A DNA stretch of 64,000 bases, taken from the NCBI GenBank assembly GCA_039196965.1, contig JBCCUK010000014.1, positions 13,227-77,226 of the forward strand, in the 5' to 3' direction. Below are positions 1 through 9,786 of this stretch, one piece after another. Source of the stretch: Pseudomonadota bacterium (lineage in GTDB: Bacteria; Pseudomonadota; Alphaproteobacteria; Caulobacterales; Hyphomonadaceae). The position numbers were made by a program, and so were the translations under genes. The notes under the pieces are model-generated. The model saw only the letters and a list, made by a program, of their open reading frames with translations, did no database searches and had not been told where the DNA came from. Within the stretch, counting starts at the first letter, position 1; every line of letters starts with the position of its first letter.

Positions 1-194
1 ATGACGCGAAAAGCTCTGACACTGAGGCAGACGGTGGATGTGCCACGGTGTGGGTTTCGCTCTCAAATTCGCACGACGCTAGACGTAGAGCGGGCATCGG
101 GAGCGTTCCGCCTGACCCAGGAGGCTTGTGTGCCGAGAGACGACTTGGTGATCACCGGTATCTGCCAATCGCCGCAGCGGGATTGATAGGAACC

Positions 195-1079
195 CTATAC
201 TCCAAATTCGCGAGCGGCCCGCCTTGCCACTTCGGCATGGAGAGCATTCGTTGACCCATCAAAAGGGTTGGGCACATTGGCGAACGAGACGATCAGAATA
301 GGCCCCTGGGATGAGACATCTGGCGGGACTGCAAACGCGACATCGTTACTTTGATCGTTGGCGCTGGTGCCGGTCTTGTCGCCGGCGATCCAGCCCGCGG
401 GTAGGCCGGCGCGAAGCCTGTCGAGGCCGGTGGTGGCGTCGATCATCCATTGGCGAAGCAGTGATCGACTGGCAGGCGTTAGGGCGTCGCCAAACAGAAA
501 AATTCGCATCAGGTTAAGCATGGCGCGCGGCGAGGTCGTGTCGCGGGGATCGCCGGGCGCGTTTTCGTTGAGCGCTGTCTCATAACGGTCAAGGCGGGTC
601 ACCTCATCGCCATAGGATCGAAGGGTTGAGGTGAACCCTGCGGGACCACCAAGCTCGGTAATGAGGAGATTGGCTGCGGTGTTGTCGCTGGTCATGATGG
701 TGGCCGCACAGAGCTCACCAAGGGTCATGGTCTCGCCGAGCCGTGGCTTGGTTACCGGGGAGTAGGAGACAAGGTCCTTAGGGTCGAGCAGGACTGGACG
801 GGCGAGATCTTCCTTGCCCGTATCAATACGGGCCAGGACAAGCGCGCCCAGAAGCCATTTGAAGGAGGAGCAGAAAGCGAAACGCTCCTCAGGCCGGTGG
901 GTCAGTTCCCGACCGGACGCAATATCCATGGCGGCGATGCCGAGACGGCCATTGTGATCACGCTCAAGGTCCGCGAAATCCGGGACGGAGCTACCAAGCG
1001 TCTCGCAGGCTGGAAGAAGCGGCACAGCAGCAATGGACAAGACCGCGCGGCGGCGTGTGAGGATCAATTCCAGCGGCAT
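195..1079 (-). CDS. class A (serine) beta-lactamase
   Basis: ORF 195..1238 trimmed to the internal ATG (MPLELILTRRRAVL...), giving ~294 aa with a signal-like N-terminus. The full class A motif set is present: SSFK (SxxK), SDN, ETALNE (ExxLN) and KTG. Confidence 0.85.
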   Translation of the reverse strand: MPLELILTRRRAVLSIAAVPLLPACETLGSSVPDFADLERDHNGRLGIAAMDIASGRELTHRPEERFAFCSSFKWLLGALVLARIDTGKEDLARPVLLDPKDLVSYSPVTKPRLGETMTLGELCAATIMTSDNTAANLLITELGGPAGFTSTLRSYGDEVTRLDRYETALNENAPGDPRDTTSPRAMLNLMRIFLFGDALTPASRSLLRQWMIDATTGLDRLRAGLPAGWIAGDKTGTSANDQSNDVAFAVPPDVSSQGPILIVSFANVPNPFDGSTNALHAEVARRAAREFGV

Positions 1080-1164
1080 GATGGCTCCTACGCCTTCCAC
1101 GGGCGATTTGGTATCGTGCAAACGCGGCGGTGTTTGGGCAATGTTCGGAAAAGAGTTTCGAGCG

Positions 1165-2052
1165 CTAGAGCCCGTCCGGCACGGTCCAGCCACGGCGGGC
1201 GCAGGCCGCAAGGACGGTGTTACGTAACAGGCAAGCAATCGTCATCGGGCCGACCCCGCCCGGAACCGGTGTGATGTGGCCAGCGACGGGCCTACAGGTG
1301 TCAAAATCCGCATCGCCGACGAGGCGGGTCTTGCCCTCCCCTTTTTCGGGTGCGTCGATGCGGTTGATCCCGACATCGATGACGCAGGCTCCGGGCCTTA
1401 CCCAGTCGCCCTTTACCATTTGCGGGCGGCCGACAGCGGGCACGAGAATATCGGCCTCGCGGCAGAGGGCAGGTAGATCTGCCGTACGAGAATGGGCGAT
1501 GGAAACAGTGCAATTCTCGGCAAGAAAGAGGAGTGCGGCCGGCTTACCGACGAGGATGGACCGGCCAACCACCACAACATGCTTGCCGGAGAGATTATCG
1601 CCAAGGGCGCGCTTGGCCAGGATGACACACCCGGTCGGCGTGCACGGCGCAAGACCGGGTTTACCAAGCATAAGCCTGCCAGCACTGGTCTCTGTCAGCC
1701 CGTCGACATCCTTGGCTGGGTCGATTTTTTCGATCGCAGCATCGGCATCGAGGCCATCAGGCAAGGGTAGTTGAAGAAGAATGCCGTCAACGGTCTCGTC
1801 TGCATTCAGGGAGGTGATGAGGGATTCCACATCGGACTGGGACGAAGTGGCCGGCAGACGGTGGTGGACCGATGTCATGCCCACCTCTTCGGTCTGACGG
1901 ATCTTGTTGCGGACATAGACCTGGCTCGCCGGGTCCTCCCCGACCAGAACAACGGCGAGGGTGGGCTGGCCCGGTAGGGACGAGACAGCCTTAGCGACGG
2001 TGGCGCGTACATCGGCAGCAACGGCTTTGCCGTCAATCAGGGAAGCGGTCAT
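1165..2052 (-). CDS. folD: bifunctional methylenetetrahydrofolate dehydrogenase/cyclohydrolase
   Basis: ORF 1165..2316 trimmed to [12 protein letters not shown]...; typical FolD N-terminus, [23 protein letters not shown] and GRSILVGKP motifs; 296 aa. Confidence 0.9.
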   Translation of the reverse strand: MTASLIDGKAVAADVRATVAKAVSSLPGQPTLAVVLVGEDPASQVYVRNKIRQTEEVGMTSVHHRLPATSSQSDVESLITSLNADETVDGILLQLPLPDGLDADAAIEKIDPAKDVDGLTETSAGRLMLGKPGLAPCTPTGCVILAKRALGDNLSGKHVVVVGRSILVGKPAALLFLAENCTVSIAHSRTADLPALCREADILVPAVGRPQMVKGDWVRPGACVIDVGINRIDAPEKGEGKTRLVGDADFDTCRPVAGHITPVPGGVGPMTIACLLRNTVLAACARRGWTVPDGL

Positions 2053-2072
2053 GGGATTTACGGAGTCCGGTG

Positions 2073-2363
2073 TCAGAATACGTTTGGATAGATGTAGTAG
2101 CGGATCACCTGCTGCAGGAAGTACAGCCCGAGGATCACCACAAGCGGCGATAGATCGAGGCCCGTATTCATCGGCATACGACGACGAACCGGGGCAACAA
2201 GCGGATCTGTGAGCTGGTGAAGCATTCGCCAGATCTGGTTGACGAAGGGATTTTGGGTGTTGAGGACATTGAATGCCACGAGCCAGGACAGGATCGCCTG
2301 AATAATAATTACCCAAACGGCAAGGTCGATGATAATCAGGAGGACATCAAGAAGAGCGCGCAT
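2073..2363 (-). CDS. YggT family membrane protein
   Basis: 96-aa hydrophobic protein with a YggT-like layout ([10 protein letters not shown] ... DPLVAPVRR). Sits directly upstream of folD on the same strand. Confidence 0.7.
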   Translation of the reverse strand: MRALLDVLLIIIDLAVWVIIIQAILSWLVAFNVLNTQNPFVNQIWRMLHQLTDPLVAPVRRRMPMNTGLDLSPLVVILGLYFLQQVIRYYIYPNVF

Positions 2364-2610
2364 AGCAGTTTAATCATTTGCTTCTGATCAGATTTATTGC
2401 GTGTCTATCCTGCCAGAGGCCGGGCGGGCAAGGTGCCAAAGTCGGCAGGCTTTCTTTTGCGCAGGGCGCGCCCTGGCGGCCTGAAGCCATAAAGGTGGGC
2501 GCAGGCACAGGGCGATTTAGGTTAGAGGCATCGAAACTCTTATTCGCCGTTTGCGCAATTCATGCTCAATGGCACGTTCCAAATGAGTCTATTCAGGGAG
2601 CAATTCACCC

Positions 2611-3843
2611 ATGGCGGTGATGACCACCACCGAACAAGCAGAACAGATACAACCTGTCCGCGCCCTATCCGGTCTACAAAAGGCCGTGGTGGCACTCGGT
2701 GTATCGGCGATGGGCGTCGGCATGACGATCAACTTTGTGGTGGTGGCTCCATTAACGCGGGACGCCGGGCTGAGCGAGCTACAGGTTGCGGCGATCCTCG
2801 CCATATCCGCCCTGTTCTATGCCTGGATGACACCAATCTGGGGCCGATGGGGCGACCAATTCGGTCGAAAACGGGTGATGGTTGCCTCGCTCATGGCGGC
2901 GGGAATAACCAATGCTCTGTTCGCCATGACACTAAACACAGCGCTTTCCGGCGCGCTTGTGGGCATGACGGCATTCTTCACGCTAGCCGCCGTGCGGATG
3001 TTGTTCGGCCTCCTCTCGCCCGGCATTTACCCAGCCGCTATGGGCATGATGATCGAGGCGACAACACCGACGACGCGGGCTGCGGGCATGGGCCTGATCG
3101 GGACAGCCATGTCCATCGGCTCGATTGTAGGTCCCGCCGGTGCAGCCATCCTTGCGCCTTTCGGGGCACTGGCACCGCTCTGGGGTTCCATCGGGTTTTC
3201 CATCGCCTGCGCCCTGGTTCTGGCCATTGTGCTACCACCAACGCGGAACCGGCGAGAGCCCGGCGTGCGGCCGAAACCACTCAGCCTGTTCGATCCGCGC
3301 ATTCGTCCCCATGTCCTCTTTCTTTTCGCCTATTTCGTAATCGTGGCAGCGATACAGGTCACCCTCGCCTTTTTGGTAGCCGATCGGTACGGTCTTGAAC
3401 GGGCCGATGCCGTACAAGCGTCCGGGCTCGCCTTCGCAGCCCTTGCAGCGGCGATGATCATTGTCCAGTTTGGCTACGTGCAGCCGAGGAACCCAGCCCC
3501 TAAGAAAATGCTTCCGAGAGGACTTACGGCAATTGTGGTCGGCTACGCCGCCGCTGCCCTTGCACCGGGTTTTGCCTTTTTATGCGGTGCGTTTTTCCTC
3601 GTAGGCGTGGGTGCAGCCCTTGTCGTGCCAGCCGCGAACGCCCTTGGCAGTCTTTCGGTACCCCAGGAAGATCAGGCAGGTGCTGCGGCGGTACTCTCCT
3701 CAGCGCCGCCATGGGCCTTCGTGGTCGGCCCGCTTTTGGGTGCCATTCTCTATGACTTGCACCCATCGGCACCATTGCTGGTCAGCGCGGGGCTGATGGC
3801 AGCCCTCTGTGTTTACGCACTTGCCACAACGGCTCGCCGTTAA
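2611..3843 (+). CDS. MFS transporter
   Basis: 410 aa, about 12 hydrophobic segments, MFS loop motif GRWGDQFGRKRV. Confidence 0.8.
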   Translation: MAVMTTTEQAEQIQPVRALSGLQKAVVALGVSAMGVGMTINFVVVAPLTRDAGLSELQVAAILAISALFYAWMTPIWGRWGDQFGRKRVMVASLMAAGITNALFAMTLNTALSGALVGMTAFFTLAAVRMLFGLLSPGIYPAAMGMMIEATTPTTRAAGMGLIGTAMSIGSIVGPAGAAILAPFGALAPLWGSIGFSIACALVLAIVLPPTRNRREPGVRPKPLSLFDPRIRPHVLFLFAYFVIVAAIQVTLAFLVADRYGLERADAVQASGLAFAALAAAMIIVQFGYVQPRNPAPKKMLPRGLTAIVVGYAAAALAPGFAFLCGAFFLVGVGAALVVPAANALGSLSVPQEDQAGAAAVLSSAPPWAFVVGPLLGAILYDLHPSAPLLVSAGLMAALCVYALATTARR

Positions 3844-3879
3844 AGACTTACCCACAGGATGACGATATAGGCTCGGCCT

Positions 3880-5343
3880 ATGCGGATAAGACCCGTTCTT
3901 CTGGCCATTGGTGTTATGGTTGCCCTGCTCGGGGTCGCCATGGTGCCGTCTGCCCTGATCGACCTTGCTGATCAGGACACGGAACGGGGTGCGAATTGGC
4001 GGATTTTCGCAGGCTCTGCGATCATCTGCATCACTATCGGCCTGGTGGCAGTGGGCTTGGCCGGAAAGAATAATCGCGCCACGGGCCCGAAGGAAGCTTT
4101 TGTCCTTACAGTGCTTGTCTGGACGTTTCTGCCTGCCGTGGCTGCCATTCCGTTCGTTCTTTCAAATTACTCTATTACAGACGGCTGGTTTGAAAGCGTC
4201 TCGGGCCTGACGACCACTGGATCTACCGTTCTGACCGGGCTCGATCTGATGCCGCGAGGGTTGCTGTTATGGCGAGCCATCCTCCAGTGGATCGGCGGTA
4301 TCGGCATCATCGTTACCGCGATTGCGATCCTGCCCATGCTGCGCGTCGGCGGGATGCAGCTCTTCCAGTTGGAAAGCTCCGACATGTCGGGAAAGTTCCT
4401 GCCGCGGGTCACTGAAATCGCGGCGCAGACCGGGCTGGTCTATCTCGGTCTCACCATCGCCTGCGCAGTTCTCTACGATATCAACGGGATGAATACGTTC
4501 GACTGTATCACCCACGCCATGACGACCATGGCGGCGGGTGGATACTCGACCCACGATGAATCCTTCGCATATTTCGGCAGCGGCGCATCGAGCGTCGCGA
4601 TCCTTTTCATGATACTGGCCGGCCTGCCCTTTGCCTCTTTTGTTCTCCTTTTGAGGGGCAATCCGCGGCCTTTTCTGCGAGACAGTCAGCCGCGGCTCTA
4701 CCTCGCCATTATGGTGGCCGCGATCATCATCATGCTCCTATACAACAGCATTGGCCAGGGATCGGCTGTGTTCGACGATTTCGACGAAGCCCTGCGCAAC
4801 ACTGCTTTCAGCGTTGTTTCGGTGATGACGGGTACAGGCTATGCGAACACCAATTACGGGGCCTGGGGGCCGGGCTCCACGGCGATGTTCCTGATGCTCA
4901 TGTTCCTTGGCGGTTGCGCCGGATCGGCTGCCTGCGGCATGAAGATTTTCCGCCTTGAAATCAGTGTGCGGGCAATCGTCGCCCACGCGAAGCGCATGGT
5001 CAGCCCCAACCGGCTCGCGCCGGTGCGCTACAATGGACGCGTGGTCGATGAGGACACGATCCAATCGGTGCTCGTCTTCATGTTCCTGTACCTTGCCACC
5101 TTCATGATCACCAGCGCGCTTCTAGGTCTGACGGAGAATGTCGACGCCGTCACCGCGATTTCCGGCGCTGCGACAAGCGTCTCCAATGTCGGCCCGGGCC
5201 TTGGCTCGCTGATCGGCCCGAAGGGAACGTTTCAATCGCTTTCCGATCCGGCAAAATGGATTTGCTCCTTTGCCATGCTGCTTGGGCGGCTAGAATTCAT
5301 TGCCATGTTTGTCGTGCTAACGCCGCGCTTCTGGCGGGGATGA
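3880..5343 (+). CDS. trkH: TrkH-family potassium uptake protein
   Basis: 487-aa polytopic protein with TrkH signatures (SGLTTTGST, GGMQLFQLESSD, MTGTGYAN, GPGLG). Confidence 0.85.
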   Translation: MRIRPVLLAIGVMVALLGVAMVPSALIDLADQDTERGANWRIFAGSAIICITIGLVAVGLAGKNNRATGPKEAFVLTVLVWTFLPAVAAIPFVLSNYSITDGWFESVSGLTTTGSTVLTGLDLMPRGLLLWRAILQWIGGIGIIVTAIAILPMLRVGGMQLFQLESSDMSGKFLPRVTEIAAQTGLVYLGLTIACAVLYDINGMNTFDCITHAMTTMAAGGYSTHDESFAYFGSGASSVAILFMILAGLPFASFVLLLRGNPRPFLRDSQPRLYLAIMVAAIIIMLLYNSIGQGSAVFDDFDEALRNTAFSVVSVMTGTGYANTNYGAWGPGSTAMFLMLMFLGGCAGSAACGMKIFRLEISVRAIVAHAKRMVSPNRLAPVRYNGRVVDEDTIQSVLVFMFLYLATFMITSALLGLTENVDAVTAISGAATSVSNVGPGLGSLIGPKGTFQSLSDPAKWICSFAMLLGRLEFIAMFVVLTPRFWRG

Positions 5344-6191
5344 CCATGCACATCTTCGCTCTCACCGCCCTTGCCATGGTTGCCTTTGCGGCGAACTCGG
5401 TGCTCGGGCGGCTGGGTCTGGTGGATGGCGGGATTGGGCCCGGAAGCTTTGCCGCCATTCGGCTTGTGTCCGGTGCGCTATTGCTGTGCCTGTTGGCTGG
5501 TCTGGGAAAATCCATCTCGGCCGGCACATGGAGCGGCGCGGCATCACTCTTCATCTATGCGGCCTTCTTCTCATACGCCTATTTGCAGCTGGATGCCGGA
5601 ATGGGCGCACTGATCCTGTTCGCGATCGTGCAGATCACCATGGTGGGATCAGGCCTCGCCAGCGGAGAGCGCCTGTCCGGCCTGCAATGGACGGGATTCC
5701 TCATGGCGGTCGGCGGCCTCGTCTGGCTGCTGAGCCCGGGATTGGCCGCACCACCTCTTGCAGGTGCATTGGCTATGGCGGTGGCAGGGATTGGCTGGGG
5801 CGTTTACTCACTGCTTGGCCGAGGCTCGACCATTGATCCAACGGCCCGTACGGCTGGGAATTTCGCCCGGGCAAGCCTGATAGCGCTGCTCCTCTTGCCC
5901 GCCGCCTTGTTTGTCGCGGGCGAACCCGAACCGGCGACCTATGGGGTGATCCTCGCCATCCTATCTGGCGCTGTCACATCAGGCCTCGGCTATGCGATTT
6001 GGTACACAGCATTGAAAGGGTTGAGCGCAACACGGGCGGGCATCGCACAACTCACCGTCCCAGCCATTGCCGCCCTTGGCGGCGTCCTGTTTTTGGGAGA
6101 GGCGTTGACCCTTCGCTTTGGCGTTTCAAGCCTCATCATTTTGAGCGGCGTGGCGCTGGCGACAATGGTGCCAAAACGCGCGAAGGCATGA
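5340..6191 (+). CDS. EamA/DMT family transporter
   Basis: ORF trimmed to the ATG at 5340, which overlaps the trkH stop (ATGA). Ten-TM-like duplicated EamA pattern; hydrophobic throughout. Confidence 0.75.
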   Translation: MTMHIFALTALAMVAFAANSVLGRLGLVDGGIGPGSFAAIRLVSGALLLCLLAGLGKSISAGTWSGAASLFIYAAFFSYAYLQLDAGMGALILFAIVQITMVGSGLASGERLSGLQWTGFLMAVGGLVWLLSPGLAAPPLAGALAMAVAGIGWGVYSLLGRGSTIDPTARTAGNFARASLIALLLLPAALFVAGEPEPATYGVILAILSGAVTSGLGYAIWYTALKGLSATRAGIAQLTVPAIAALGGVLFLGEALTLRFGVSSLIILSGVALATMVPKRAKA

Positions 6192-6219
6192 TGGAGGCAT
6201 GAAAAAGACGCCATAATGC

Positions 6220-6240
6220 TGGATACATATTTAGTATCCA
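6220..6240. promoter_or_regulatory. perfect inverted repeat TGGATAC-N7-GTATCCA in an AT-rich intergenic region
   Basis: Seen directly in the sequence. Followed by a second TATCCAA copy (6244-6250). Could be an operator or a weak terminator of the EamA gene. Confidence 0.35.
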
Positions 6241-6410
6241 AATTATCCAATCTATTGTAATCATTACGATTCCAGAGAAATACAGGAATATCTGTAAGAC
6301 GAAATCTCATTAACCATGTTTGACAGCGTGCGCACCACGGTCTTCACTCCACTCAGGAGTGTAGACATCCTTTTCAGGTGGTTGAGAGATAAAAACCAAG
6401 AGGAACATCC

Positions 6411-6902
6411 ATGATTGTATCCAACAAACTCGTTTACGGAATGGCCGGCATACTGACCGCAGCGACAGCACTTTCAGCCTGTGAAGTCGACGGATCGACG
6501 GGCGGCATCGCCAATCGCGACATTATCGGCGGCGCAGGCGGGGCCGCAGTCGGCCTCATCGCCTGTCAGATCTTTGATGCCGGTACGCTTGGATGTGCCC
6601 TCGCAACCCTCGGCGGCGCGGCCGCCGGCGTTTTCGTGGGGCGGCGTCTGCTTGATGACGACAAGGAGCCACGGGCCGGGGCACTCGCTGACGTGGTAGA
6701 CGGCAACAGGCAATCCGCAGACTGGCGCAATGCTGAGACCGGAAGCTCGGGCACGATCAGCCTCGCCGGAAACACCACGGGTCCGAATGGCGAGACCTGC
6801 CGCATCATCGATGAAACCTACACCATTCGCGGCTCTGCGCCGATAACAGAACAATTCACGCTTTGCCCAACGGGCAACGGTGAGTGGCGGACGGTCACCT
6901 AA
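6411..6902 (+). CDS. glycine-zipper lipoprotein (17-kDa surface-antigen-like)
   Basis: Lipobox LSAC after a signal peptide; glycine-zipper stretch GGAGGAAVGLIACQIFDAGTLGCALATLGGAAAG; C-terminal small beta domain. Confidence 0.55.
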   Translation: MIVSNKLVYGMAGILTAATALSACEVDGSTGGIANRDIIGGAGGAAVGLIACQIFDAGTLGCALATLGGAAAGVFVGRRLLDDDKEPRAGALADVVDGNRQSADWRNAETGSSGTISLAGNTTGPNGETCRIIDETYTIRGSAPITEQFTLCPTGNGEWRTVT

Positions 6903-6968
6903 GTCAGCATTTCTACCGCCTGGGACCTGCGCCATTGACGGGATCAGTGGCGCATCCCAAAGGTAGGC

Positions 6969-8219
6969 ATGGGAAAATCCGGCAATAACGCATTTCTGTT
7001 CGTCATCGTAACAGTGATGCTGGATATGATGGGCTTTGGCCTCATCGTGCCGGTGATCCCCGCACTGCTGACAGAACTGTCCGGCCTTTCAGCAGAGGAA
7101 GCAGTCGTCTGGGGCGGTGCCCTAACGGCCACCTACGCCCTGATGAACTTCATTGCCGGGCCGACCATGGGCAACCTGTCGGATCGCTTTGGTCGACGAC
7201 CCGTTCTGCTCGCATCGATCGGCACGCTGGCCATCGATTTTCTGATCATGGGTTTTGCCAACACGCTCGCGATATTGTTCGTAGGCAGAGCGCTGGCGGG
7301 CATCTCGTCCGCGACATTTTCCACGGCCAACGCCTATATCGCCGATGTGACGACGCCGGAGGAACGAGGCCGCGCTTTTGGATTTACCGGCGCAGCCTTC
7401 GGGCTCGGCTTTATCATTGGACCGGCGGCCGGCGGGCTGCTGGCAGAAGCGTTCGGTACGCGGGCACCCTTCTTTGTTGCGGCGGGTCTGGCCGGGATCA
7501 ACTTCCTCTACGGTGTGTTTGTACTGCCGGAATCTCTGGTACCGGAAAAACGGCGAGCTTTCGAATGGCGGCGCGCCAATCCGCTCGGCGCATTCAAGCA
7601 TTTCAGACGCGTACCGGGTGTTGCGTGGTTTCTTCTGGTCATTGGTCTCTTCGCCCTATCGAACAGTGTCTATCCTTCGACGTGGAATTTCCATTCGGTG
7701 ATCCGCTATGGCTGGAGCGAAGGCGAGATCGGCGCGTCGCTGGCACTTGTCGGCCTTGGGGCGGCTATCATGCAGGCCGGTGTGCTCGGTATGATCATCA
7801 AAAGGATCGGACTTGTGCGGACCATAGCCGTCGGGGTCACCTTCAACACAATTGCCATGGTTAGCTTCGCGTTCGCTTCGGAACCATGGATGGCCTACGC
7901 CTTCATTCCCCTCGCCTCTATCGGCGGGATACTTGGGCCCTCGGTGAACGCCATGGTGTCCAATCTGACGCCGGAAGACGCCCAGGGCGAATTGCAGGGG
8001 GCATCGGCCAGCCTGCAGTCTCTCGCCATTGTTTTCGCCCCGCTGATGATGACGCAGACCCTGCACGCATTCTCTAAGGACGACGCTATTATTCACTTCC
8101 CGGGCGCAGCCTTCCTCCTGTCAGCCAGTCTCATGGCGCTCTGCACTGTGCCGTTCCTGCTGGGGCTAAGAGCGAATGGATTTCGGCTGATGGGTACTGA
8201 GAAAGTTCCCGGCAAATGA
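6969..8219 (+). CDS. MFS transporter, TetA/TCR-like drug:H+ antiporter family
   Basis: 416 aa; motif GNLSDRFGRRPVLL and overall similarity to the Tet(A)-class N-terminus (LDMMGFGLIVPVIPALL). Confidence 0.75.
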   Translation: MGKSGNNAFLFVIVTVMLDMMGFGLIVPVIPALLTELSGLSAEEAVVWGGALTATYALMNFIAGPTMGNLSDRFGRRPVLLASIGTLAIDFLIMGFANTLAILFVGRALAGISSATFSTANAYIADVTTPEERGRAFGFTGAAFGLGFIIGPAAGGLLAEAFGTRAPFFVAAGLAGINFLYGVFVLPESLVPEKRRAFEWRRANPLGAFKHFRRVPGVAWFLLVIGLFALSNSVYPSTWNFHSVIRYGWSEGEIGASLALVGLGAAIMQAGVLGMIIKRIGLVRTIAVGVTFNTIAMVSFAFASEPWMAYAFIPLASIGGILGPSVNAMVSNLTPEDAQGELQGASASLQSLAIVFAPLMMTQTLHAFSKDDAIIHFPGAAFLLSASLMALCTVPFLLGLRANGFRLMGTEKVPGK

Positions 8220-8758
8220 GCAGGAGTCAGACAAACAAAAGGCGACCCGCCCTCTTCCTCGACCGGGACGGTGTAATCAACGTGGACAAAGGCTATGTCA
8301 GCCGCGTGGAGAATCTGGAGTGGATACAAGGCGCAGCGGACTGTATTCGCACGTTCAATGAACGGGACTGGTTTGTCTTCGTGGTGACCAACCAGTCCGG
8401 CATTGCGCGGGGTCTCTATACCGAGGCGGATATGGAAACCCTGCATGCCTGGATGCTGGCGGAGCTTGCGAAGGATGGTGCCGGAATCGACCGGATCTAT
8501 CACTGCCCCTACCATGCGGAGGGCGAGATTTCAGCCTATCGAAAGGACAGTTTCGACCGCAAGCCGAAGCCGGGGATGCTGCTTCAGGCCATGGCCGACT
8601 TTCCGGTGAAGAAAGAGCTAAGCTTCCTGATCGGAGACAAGACCACGGATGTGGCGGCGGCCCGCGCCGCTGGAGTTGGCGGGTTTCTTTTCAAGGGCGG
8701 CAATCTTGCGACCTTCGCAGAGTGGGCGCTGGCCGATTTCGAACAGGGGGCGCGGTAG
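8216..8758 (+). CDS. gmhB: D-glycero-beta-D-manno-heptose-1,7-bisphosphate 7-phosphatase
   Basis: HAD motifs FLDRDGVIN, VVTNQSGIARG, RKPKPGM and GDKTTD, plus YHCPYH zinc-site residues. The start overlaps the upstream MFS stop (ATGA). Confidence 0.85.
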   Translation: MSRSQTNKRRPALFLDRDGVINVDKGYVSRVENLEWIQGAADCIRTFNERDWFVFVVTNQSGIARGLYTEADMETLHAWMLAELAKDGAGIDRIYHCPYHAEGEISAYRKDSFDRKPKPGMLLQAMADFPVKKELSFLIGDKTTDVAAARAAGVGGFLFKGGNLATFAEWALADFEQGAR

Positions 8759-8794
8759 CTGAAACGCAATGGCTGCTTTTGGTCAGGAGGAGAC

Positions 8795-8947
8795 ATGCTC
8801 CATTCGATCAAACCTATCGCGAATATAAGCCGTTGTGATAAGCATTGCTCATACAGAATTTTTCTAATTGTATGCATAGGAATCCGATGGAAGGTCATAT
8901 CGTCAGATTTCACAAATGCGGACAACGAAGCGCTCTGCAGATGGTAA
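8795..8947 (+). CDS. candidate small ORF (50 aa, Cys-containing), unknown function
   Basis: AGGAGG at 8785-8790, 4 nt before the ATG at 8795. Its TAA (8945-8947) overlaps the ATG (8941) of the next ORF (ATGGTAA). Low GC like the downstream ORF. No recognisable family. Confidence 0.3.
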   Translation: MLHSIKPIANISRCDKHCSYRIFLIVCIGIRWKVISSDFTNADNEALCRW

Positions 8948-9786
8948 GAATTATCATCATTGCTGCCCTAACCATCTACCTGACCTGCAATCTTATTGCA
9001 TCTGCTCAAATAGACCGAGTGGACGAAAAGATACCCCTTGAAAGTAGCGCTGCTTATACTGCCTCTCTTGCACTTCGGGACGGTGTCTTTCACCCATCAA
9101 GTTTGAACCCTAAAATAGACGGCAGGATCGGTTACCCAAGAATCGAATACCAAATGAAAGACGCCTTCGGGGCAATACTCGCTGCAATGGCGATCGTGTT
9201 TGCTCAAGATGAAAATTGCCTTTCAGACTTACACGAGGCTTATCGAGCAGGAGAAGACATACCATTCCACACTCAGGCATGTGAGTATTATTGGGCTGCT
9301 GAAATAGTCCGAGGGCCTGTTCCTGAAGATCAATACAGAATGAACACAAAATCACTTTTGGCTAGGGAGAGGTGGGCGGCCGCAGTTGATGGCTTAGAGT
9401 CCCTTATTTTACGACATCCAGAGCAGCCCATAGACGAGCTAATAGATCAGCTTCCGCTTGAGCGTATCAGTGTGACCCCAGCTTCCTGCCCAGAGGCCAC
9501 ACCTGATTTTTCAGGCGTGCGCGATATGAATTGGATGCCAGAATGGTTTTTGAATGTCGTTGCCCCAAATGATCCTGATACCGTGCCCGGACTTCAATTT
9601 AGATATAAAGATCCCACTAAGGTGATAGTGACGGTGAGAGTTGGTGGCCATTCAGCCACCGCACAAGGAGTGCCCGAGGATGGTAATCCTATGGGGTGGG
9701 GTTTAGAACTTATGCGGGCGTTCCAGCCATGCGTAGAGGCAGCTGGTTATGGTCCGCTCAATTGGCATGGAAATTCGGTGGAATAA
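8941..9786 (+). CDS. exported hypothetical protein (ORFan, low GC)
   Basis: ORF 8845..9786 trimmed to MVRIIIIAALTIYLTCNLIASAQ (signal peptide). No motif I recognise. About 40% GC in the lines I counted, against about 60% in the flanks. Confidence 0.6.
   Translation: MVRIIIIAALTIYLTCNLIASAQIDRVDEKIPLESSAAYTASLALRDGVFHPSSLNPKIDGRIGYPRIEYQMKDAFGAILAAMAIVFAQDENCLSDLHEAYRAGEDIPFHTQACEYYWAAEIVRGPVPEDQYRMNTKSLLARERWAAAVDGLESLILRHPEQPIDELIDQLPLERISVTPASCPEATPDFSGVRDMNWMPEWFLNVVAPNDPDTVPGLQFRYKDPTKVIVTVRVGGHSATAQGVPEDGNPMGWGLELMRAFQPCVEAAGYGPLNWHGNSVE

Noticed and set aside
1-194. Unassigned left edge. I looked for SRP RNA, cobalamin-riboswitch-like (GCCACGG, CCAGGAGGC) or tRNA features, and at the two listed short ORFs.
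   Set aside because: There are only fragmentary resemblances: no complete conserved core (no GGAAGCAGC, no proper B12 box context) and no T-loop. The strand and position do not fit a regulated downstream gene inside the window. I left it unannotated.
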